DNA of 20,000 nucleotides from Raillietiella orientalis (Eukaryota), in the NCBI GenBank assembly GCA_036172245.1, contig JAYWIR010000134.1, forward strand, positions 56,653 through 76,652. The letters run 5' to 3'. Below the pieces are notes generated by a model. The model did no database searches. It worked only from the letters and a program-made list of their open reading frames with translations, and was not told the DNA's origin. The translations under genes were made by a program, and so were the position numbers. The first letter of the stretch is position 1. Every line of letters begins with the position of its first letter. This document shows, piece by piece, positions 11,718 through 20,000 of the stretch.

Positions 11718-12199
11718 GGGACACTTTTGACTCTTCGCTTTTGTTGATGGCAAGGAGCGTCGGAATTAAAAAGCGAATGTTTTCCTTCGATGAGATTCAC
11801 GATATGGGCGAAATTTACATCTTTTGTGGGTTGTAATTAATTCGTAATCAAAAGATTAAGCCATTGCTCTTTTGCTCTTTCTCTCGAAACATCCATTTGC
11901 AGTGAGCTGCCAATTCACGAAATGGAGCCGCACATCATTCCAATTTCTTTGTTTCAGGGGATGACTAAGAGGATTCCTACATTTCGTTATGGTGGGGCAC
12001 TTTTGACTCTGCGCGGTTTTCATGGCAACCAGCGTCGGAATTAGAAAGCGAGGATTTTCCTTCGATGTGATTCATTATGTGGTCAAAATTAAAACTTTTG
12101 TGGGTGGTAATTAATTCGAACTGAGGAGATTAAGCCATTGCTCTTTTGCTCTTTCTTGCGAAGCATCCGTTTGAAGTGAGCTGCAAATTCACGGAGTTG
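11718..12199. repeat. Variant cassette P-Q-R, copy 5
   Basis: Same diagnostic strings; lies 1925 bp (7 monomers) after copy 4, and the following monomer also matches (ORFs 10390/12315). Confidence 0.88.
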
Positions 12200-13380
12200 A
12201 GCCGCACATCATTCCAATTTCTTGGTTTCAGAGGATGACTAAGGGGATTCCTACATTTAATTATGGTGGGGCACTTTTGACTCTGCGCTGTTTCCATGGC
12301 AAGCAGCGTTGGAATTAGAAAGCGAGTGTTTTCCTTCGATGTGATCGATTATGTGGTAAAAATTTACAACTTTTGTGAGTTGTAATCAATTGCAAATCAG
12401 GACATTTCACCATTGCACTTTTGCGCTTTCTGGCGAAGCATCCATTTGCAGTGAGCTGCAAATTCACGGAGTATAGCCGAACATCATTCCAATTTCTTGG
12501 TTTCAGAGGATGACTAAGGGGATTCCTACATTTAATTATGGTGGGGCACTTTTGACTCTGCGCTGTTTTCACGGCAAGCAGCGTTCGAAATAGAAAGCGA
12601 GTGTTTTCCTTCGATGTGATCCATTATGTGGTGAAAATTTAAAACTTTTGTTAGTTGTAATCAATTGCAAATCAGGACATTTCACCATTGCACTTTTGCG
12701 CTTTCTCGCGAAGCATCCATTTGCAGTGAGCTGCAAATTCACGGAATGGAGCCGCACATCATTCCAATTTCTTGGTTTCAGTGGATGACTAAGAGGATTC
12801 CTACATTTCATTATGGTGGGGCACTTTTGACTCTTCGCTGTTTTCACGGCAAGCAGCGTTCGAAATAGAAAGCGAGTTTTTTCCTTCGATGTGATCCATT
12901 ATGTGGTGAAAATTTAAAACTTTTGTTAGTTGTAATCAATTGCAAATCAGGACATTTCACCATTGCACTTTTGCGCTTTCTCGCGAAGCATCCATTTGCA
13001 GTGAGCTGCAAATTCACGGAGTATAGCCGAACATCATTCCAATTTCTTGGTTTCAGAGGATCACTAAGGGGATTCCTACATTTAATTATGGTGAAGCACT
13101 TTTGACTCTGCGCTGTTTCCATGGCAAGCAGCGTTGGAATTAGAAATCGAGTGTTTTCCTTCGATGTGATCGATTATGTGGTAAAAATTTACAACTTTTA
13201 TGAGTTGTAATCAATTGCAAATCAGGACATTTCACCATTGCACTTTTGCGCTTTCTGGCGAAGCATCCATTTGCAGTGAGCTGCAAATTCACGGAGTATA
13301 GCCGCACATCATTCCAATTTCTTGGTTTCAGAGGATGACTAAGAGGATTCCTACATTTCATTATGATGGGGCACTTTTGA

Positions 13381-14400
13381 CTCTTCGCTTTTGTTGATGG
13401 CAAGGAGCGTCGGAATTAAAAAGCGAATGTTTTCCTTAGATGAGATTCACGATATGGGCGAAATTTACATCTTTTGTGGGTTGTAATTAATTCGAAATCA
13501 AAAGATTAAGCCATTGCTCTTTTGCTCTTTCTCTCGAAACAACCATTTGCAGTGAGCTGCCAATTCACGAAATGGAGCCGCACATCATTCCAATTTCTTT
13601 GTTTCAGGGGATGACTAAGAGGATTCCTACATTTCGTTATGGTGGGGCACTTTTGACTCTGCGCGGTTTTCATGGCAACCAGCGACGGAATTAGAAAGCG
13701 AGGATTTTCCTTCGATGTGATTCATTATGTGGTCAAAATTTACAACTTTTGTGAGTTTTCATCAATTCTAAATCAGGACATTTCACCAATGCACTTTTGC
13801 TCTTTCTCGCGAAGCATCCATTTGCAGTGAGCTGCAAATTCACGGAATGGAGCCGCACATCATTCCAATTTCTTGGTTTCAGAGGATGACTAAGAGGATT
13901 CCTACATTTCATTGTGGTGGGACACTTTTAACTCTTCGCTTTTGTTGATGGCAAGGAGCGTCGGAATTAAAAAGCGAATGTTTTCCTTAGATGAGATTCA
14001 CGATATGGGCGAAATTTACATCTTTTGTGGGTTGTAATTAATTCGAAATCAAAAGATTAAGCCATTGCTCTTTTGCTCTTTCTCTCGAAACAACCATTTG
14101 CAGTGAGCTGCCAATTCACGAAATGGAGCCGCACATCATTCCAATTTCTTTGTTTCAGGGGATGACTAAGAGGATTCCTACATTTCGTTATGGTGGGGCA
14201 CTTTTGACTCTGCGCGGTTTTCATGGCAACCAGCGACGGAATTAGAAAGCGAGGATTTTCCTTCGATGTGATTCAATATGTGGTCAAAATTAAAACTTTT
14301 GTGGGTGGTAATTAATTCGAACTCAGGAGATTAAGCCATTGCTCTTTTGCTCTTTCTTGCGAAGCATCCGTTTGAAGTGAGCTGCAAATTCACGGAGTGA
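13381..14400. repeat. Local dimer duplication P-Q-P-Q-R (551-bp period)
   Basis: The private variants 'ttttccttagatgag' and 'cagcgacgga' each occur twice, 551 bp apart (about 13435/13986 and 13681/14232). Confidence 0.87.
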
Positions 14401-15567
14401 AGCCGCACATCATTCCAATTTCTTGGTTTCAGAGGATGACTAAGGGGATTCCTACATTTAATTATGGTGGGGCACTTTTGACTCTGCGCTGTTTCCATGG
14501 CAAGCAGCGTTGGAATTAGAAAGCGAGTGTTTTCCTTCGATGTGATCGATTATGTGGTAAAAATTTACAACTTTTGTGAGTTGTAATCAATTGCAAATCA
14601 GGACATTTCACCATTGCACTTTTGCGCTTTCTCGCGAAGCATGCATTTGCAGTGAGCTGCAAATTCACGGAATGGAGCCGCACATCATTCCAATTTCTTG
14701 GTTTCAGTGGATGACTAAGAGGATTCCTACATTTCATTATGGTGGGGCACTTTTGACTCTGCGCTGTTTTCACGGCAAGCAGCGTTCGAAATAGAAAGCG
14801 AGTGTTTTCCTTCGATGTGATCCATTATGTGGTGAAAATTTAAAACTTTTGTGAGTTGTAATCAATTGCAAATCAGGACATTTCACCATTGCACTTTTGC
14901 GCTTTCTGGCGAAGCATCCATTTGCAGTGAGCTGCAAATTCACGGAGTATAGCCGCACATCATTCCAATTTCTTGGTTTCAGAGGATGACTAAGAGGATT
15001 CCTACATTTCATTATGATGGGGCATTTTGACTCTGCGCTGTTTTCATGGCAACCAGCGTCGGAATTAGAAAGCGAGTGTTTTCCTTCGATGTGATTCATT
15101 ATGTGGTAAAAATTTACAACTTTTGTGAGTTGTAATCAATTCCAAATCAGTACATTTCACCATTGCACTTTTGCTCTTTCTCGCGAAGCATCCATTTGCA
15201 GTGAGCTGCAAATTCACGGAATGGAGCCGAACATCATTCCAATTTCTTGGTTTCAGAGGATGACTAAGAGGATTCCTACATTTCATTATGATGGGGCACT
15301 TTTGATTCTGCGCTGTTTACATGGCAACCAGCGTCGGAATTTGAAAGCGAGTGTTTTCCTTCGATGTGATTCATTATGTGGTCAAAATTTACAACTTTTG
15401 TGAGTTTTCATCAATTCTAAATCAGGACATTTCACCAATGCAGTTTTGCTCTTTCTCGCGAAGCATCCATTTGCAGTGAGCTGCCAATTCACGGAATGGA
15501 GCCGCACATCATTCCAATTTCTTAGTTTCAGAGGATGACTAAGAGGATTCCTACATTTCATTATGGT

Positions 15568-15755
15568 GGGACACTTTTGACTCTTCGCTTTTGTTGATGA
15601 CAAGGAGCGTCGGAATTAAAAAGCGAATGTTTTCCTTCGATGAGATTCACGATATGGGCGAAATTTACATCTTTTGTGGGTTGTAATTAATTCGAAATAA
15701 AAAGATTAAGCCATTGCTCTTTTGCTCTTTCTCTCGAAACATCCATTTGCAGTGA
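15568..15755. repeat. Truncated cassette: P tail plus Q head only, then switch to a standard monomer
   Basis: Q markers run to 'ctctcgaaacatcc'; downstream is standard 'ggaatgg...cttggtttcagagg' with no Q tail and no R. Confidence 0.82.
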
Positions 15756-16370
15756 GCAGCAAATTAACGGAATGGAGCCGCACATCATTCCAATTTCTTG
15801 GTTTCAGAGGATGACTAAGAGGATTCCTACATTTCATTATGATGGGGCACTTTTGATTCTGCGCTGTTTTCATGGCAACCAGCGTCGGAATTTGAAAGCG
15901 AGTGTTTTCCTTCGATGTGATTCAATATGTGGTCAAGATTTACAACTTTTTTGAGTTGTAATCAATTCCAAATCAGTACATTTGACCATTGCACTTGTGC
16001 TCTTTCTCGCGAAGCATCCATTTGCAGTGAGCTGCAAATTCACGGAATGGAGCCGCACATCATTCCAATTTCTTGGTTTCAGAGGATGACTAAGAGGATT
16101 CCTACATTTCATTATGGTGGGGCACTTTTGACTCTGCGCTGTTTTCATGGCAACCAGCGTCGGAATTAGAAAGCGAGTATTTTCCTTCGCTGTGATTCAT
16201 TATGTGGTCAAAATTTACAACTTTTGTGTGTTTTCATCAATTCTAAATCAGGACATTTCAGCAATGCACTTTTGCTCTTTCTCGCGAAGCATCCATTTGC
16301 AGTGAGCTGCAAATTAACGGAATGGAGCCGCACATCATTCCAATTTCTTGGTTTCAGAGGATGACTAAGA

Positions 16371-16561
16371 GCATTTTTACATTTCATTATGGTGGGGCAC
16401 TTTTGACTCTGTGCTGTTTTCATGGCAACCAGCTTCGGAATTAGAAAGCGAATGGTTTCCTTCGAACTCAATCATTATCTGGTCAAAATTCACATCTTTT
16501 GTGGGTTGTAATTAATTCGTACTCAGGTGATTAAACTATTGCTCTTTGGCTCTATCTTGCG
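16371..16561. repeat. Rare variant monomer S, copy 2
   Basis: Same S strings as at 11181, preceded by 'gcatttttac'. Confidence 0.88.
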
Positions 16562-19520
16562 AAGCATCCATTTGCAGTGAGCTGCAAATTCACGGAGTAT
16601 AACCGAACATCATTCCAATTTCTTGGTTTCAAAGGATGACTAAGAGGATTCCTACATTTCATTATGGTGGGGCACTTTTGACTCTGCGCTGTTTTCATGG
16701 CAACCAGCGTCGGAATTACAAACCGAGTATTTTCCTTCGCTGTGATTCATTATGTGGTCAAAATTTACAACTTTTGTGAGTTTTCATCAATTCTAAATCA
16801 GGACATTTCACCAATGCACTTTTGCTCTTTCTCGCGAAGCATCCATTTGCAGTGAGCTGCAAATTCACGGAATAAGGCCGCACATCATTCCAATTTCTTG
16901 GTTTCAGAGGATGACTAAGAGGATTCCTACATTTCATTAGGATAGGGCACTTTTGATTCTGCGCTGTTTTCATGGCAACCAGCGTCGTAATTTGAAAGCG
17001 AGTGTTTTCCTTCGATGTGATTCATTATGTGGTCAAGATTTACAACTTTTTTGAGTTGTAATCAATTCCAAATCAGTACATTTGACCATTGCACTTTTGC
17101 TCTTTCTCGCGAAGCATCCATTTGCAGTGAGGTGCAAATTCTCGGAATGGAGGCGCACATCATTCCAATTTCTTTGTTTCAGAGGATGACTAAGAGGATT
17201 CCTACATTTCATTATGATGGAGCACTTTTGTTTCTGCGCGGTTTTCATGGCAACCAGCGTCGGAATTAGAAAGCGAGGATTTTCCTTCGATGTGATTCAT
17301 TATGTGGTCAAAATTTACAACTTTTGTGAGTTGTTATCAATTCCAAATCAGTACATTTCACCATTGCACTTTTGCTCTTTCTCGCGAAGCATCCATTTGC
17401 AGTGAGGTGCAAATTCTCGGAATGGAGCCGCACATCATTCCAATTTCTTTGTTTCAGAGGATGACTAAGAGGATTCCTACATTTCATTATGATGGGGCAC
17501 TTTTGACTCTGCGCGGTTTTCATGGCAACCAGCGTCGGAATTAGAAAGCGAGGATTTTCCTTCGATGTGATTCATTATGTGGTCAAAATTAAAACTTTTG
17601 TGGGTGGTAATTAATTCGAACTCAGGAGATTAAGCCATTGCTCTTTTGCTCTTTCTTGCGAAGCATCCGTTTGAAGTGAGCTGCAAATTCACGGAGTGGA
17701 GCCGCACATCATTCCAATTTCTTGGTTTCAGAGGATGACTAAGGGGATTCCTACATTTAATTATGGTGGGGCACTTTTGACTCTGCGCTGTTTCCATGGC
17801 AAGCAGCGTTGGAATTAGAAAGCGAGTGTTTTCCTTCGATGTGATCGATTATGTGGTAAAAATTTACAACTTTTGTGAGTTGTAATCAATTGCAAATCAG
17901 GACATTTCACCATTGCACTTTTGCGCTTTCTGGCGAAGCATCCATTTGCAGTGAGCTGCAAATTCACGGAGTATAGCCGAACATCATTCCAATTTCTTGG
18001 TTTCAGAGGATGACTAAGGGGATTCCTACATTTAATTATGGTGGGGCACTTTTGACTCTGCGCTGTTTTCACGGCAAGCAGCGTTCGAAATAGAAAGCGA
18101 GTGTTTTCCTTCGATGTGATCCATTATGTGGTATAAATTTAAAACTTTTGTTAGTTGTAATCAATTGCAAATCAGGACATTTCACCATTGCACTTTTGCG
18201 CTTTCTCGCGAAGCATCCATTTGCAGTGAGCTGCAAATTCACGGAATGGAGCCGCACATCATTCCAATTACTTGGTTTCAGAGGATGACTAAGCGGATTC
18301 CTACATTTCATTAGGATGGGGCACTTTTGATTCTGCGCTGTTTTCATGGCAACCAGCGTCGGAATTTGAAAGCGAGTGTTTTCCTTCGATGTGATTCATT
18401 ATGTGGTCAAGATTTACAACTTTTTTGAGTTGTAATCAATTCCAAATCAGTACATTTGACCATTGCACTTTTGCTCTTTCTCGCGAAGCATCCATTTGCA
18501 GTGAGCTGCAAATTCACGGAATGGAGCCGCACATCATTCCAATTTCTTGGTTTCAGAGGATGACTAAGAGGATTCCTACATTTCATTATGGTGGGGCACT
18601 TTTGACTCTGCGCTGTTTTCATGGCAACCAGCGTCGGATTTAGAAAGCGAGTATTTTCCTTCGCTGTGATTCATTATGTGGTCAAAATTTACAACTTTTG
18701 TGAGTTTTCATCAATTCTAAATCAGGACATTTCAGCAATGCACTTTTGCTCTTTCTCGCGAAGCATCCATTTGCAGTGAGCTGCAAATTCACGGAATGGA
18801 GCCGCACATCATTCCAATTTCTTGGTTTCAGAGGATGACTAAGAGGATTCCTACATTTCATTAGGATGGGGCACTTTTGATTCTGCGCTGTTTTCATGGC
18901 AACCAGCGTCGGAATTTGAAAGCGAGTGTTTTCCTTCGATGTGATTCATTATGTGTTCAAGATTTACAACTTTTTTGAGTTGTAATCAATTCCAAATCAG
19001 TACATTTGACCATTGCACTTTTGCTCTTTGTCGCGAAGCATCCATTTGCAGTGAGCTGCAAATTCACGGAATGGAGCCGCACATCATTCCAATTTCTTGG
19101 TTTCAGAGGATGACTAAGAGGATTCCTACATTTCATTATGATGGGGCACTTTTGACTCTGCGCTGTTTTCATGGCAACCAGCGTCGGAATTGGAAAGCGA
19201 GTGTTTTGCTTCGATGTGATTCATTATGTGGTCAAAATTTACAACTTTTGTGAGTTGTAATCAATTCCAAATCAGTACATTTCACCATTGCACTTTTGCT
19301 CTTTCTCGCGGAGCATCCATTTGCAGTGAGGTGCAAATTCTCGGAATGGAGCCGCACATCATTCCAATTTCTTTGTTTCAGAGGATGACTAAGAGGATTC
19401 CTACATTTCATCATGATGGGGCACTTTTGACTCTGCGCTGTTTTCATGGCAAGCAGCGTCGGAATTAGAAAGCGAGTGTTTTCCTTCGATGTGATTCATT
19501 ATGTGGTCAAAATTTACAAC

Positions 19521-19860
19521 TTTTGTCAGTTTACATCAATTCTAAATGAGGACGTTTCACCATTGCCCTTTTGCTCTTTCTCGCAAAGCATCCATTTTCA
19601 GTGAGCTGTTAATTCACAGTATGATGCCGCACATCATACCAATTTCTTGGTTTCAGAGGATGACTAAGAGCATTTTTACATTTCATTATGGTGGGGCACA
19701 TTTGACTCTGTGCTGTTTTCATGGCAACCGGCTTCGGAATTAGAAAGCGAATGGTTTCCTTCAAACTCAATCATTATCTGGTCAAAATTCACATCTTTTG
19801 TGGGTTGTAATTAATTCGTACTCAGGTGATTAAACTATTGCTCTTTGGCTCTATCTTGCG
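19521..19860. repeat. Highly divergent monomer followed by variant S, copy 3
   Basis: Private substitutions (gtcagtttacatc, aaatgaggacgtttc, ccattttcagtgagctgttaattcacagtatgatgcc, catacc), then 'gcatttttac' and the S strings. Confidence 0.85.
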
Positions 19861-20000
19861 AAGCATCCATTTGCAGTGAGCTGCAAATTCACGGAGTATA
19901 GCCGAACATCATTCCAATTTCTTGGTTCGAAAGGATGACTAAGAGGATTCCTACATTTCATTATGGTGGGGCACATTTACTCTGCGCTGTTTTCATGGCA

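Larger units (their letters stand above)
1..20000. repeat. Tandem satellite DNA array, 275-bp monomer, about 72 head-to-tail copies, running off both window ends
   Basis: Seen directly: the unit 'ttagaaagcgagtgttttccttcgatgtgattcattatgtggtcaaaatttacaac...gaagcatccatttgcagtgagctgcaaattcacggaatggagccgcacatcattccaatttcttggtttcagaggatgactaagaggattcctacatttc...ggcacttttgactctgcgctgttttcatggcaaccagcgtcggaa' repeats with no spacer. Equivalent ORF ends fall at 153, 703, 978, 1253, 1528, 2078, 2903 and 3178, which differ by multiples of 275. The family is not recognised. Confidence 0.98.

Noticed and set aside
153..19447. Repeated 71-92 aa minus-strand ORF (MKTAQSQKCP...HKSCKF) and 60-137 aa plus-strand ORFs as a tandem gene family
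   Set aside because: They recur only because the DNA repeats. They overlap on both strands, often rely on GTG/TTG starts, are absent from the ORF track in Q/R/S monomers, show mostly amino-acid-changing variation, resemble no domain I recognise, and leave almost no room for promoters. Ribosome profiling or proteomics would be needed to revive this.
1..20000. CRISPR array or repeat/variable-cassette system
   Set aside because: There are no unique spacers. The entire 275 bp is repeated, the variable part consists of homologous alleles, and no cas, recombinase or reverse transcriptase gene is present.

Overview
The whole 20 kb window is one uninterrupted head-to-tail tandem array (satellite DNA) of a 275-bp monomer. 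It holds about 72 copies, all in the same orientation. One monomer counted by hand is about 41% GC, with a T-rich + strand (T about 35%, A about 24%). This architecture is typical of eukaryotic centromeric, pericentromeric or heterochromatic satellite, but I cannot name the family or the host. I found no supportable protein-coding gene, RNA gene, CRISPR array or transposon; the short ORFs in the track are the same frames repeated once per monomer. The interesting content is internal. (i) Diagnostic monomer variants recur as an ordered cassette at irregular 2-11 monomer spacing, a loose higher-order repeat. (ii) Coupled +1/-1 indels keep the 275-bp register to within 1 bp over 15 kb. (iii) A near-identical duplication of about 7 monomers (offset 2305) has at its junction a microhomology-bounded 130-bp partial duplication and a deletion-riddled 250-bp monomer, possibly an assembly or read artefact. 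(iv) Many monomers are chimeric. (v) Each monomer carries an internal direct sub-repeat and a conserved 8-bp dyad. The labels P, Q, R and S for variant monomers are my own.
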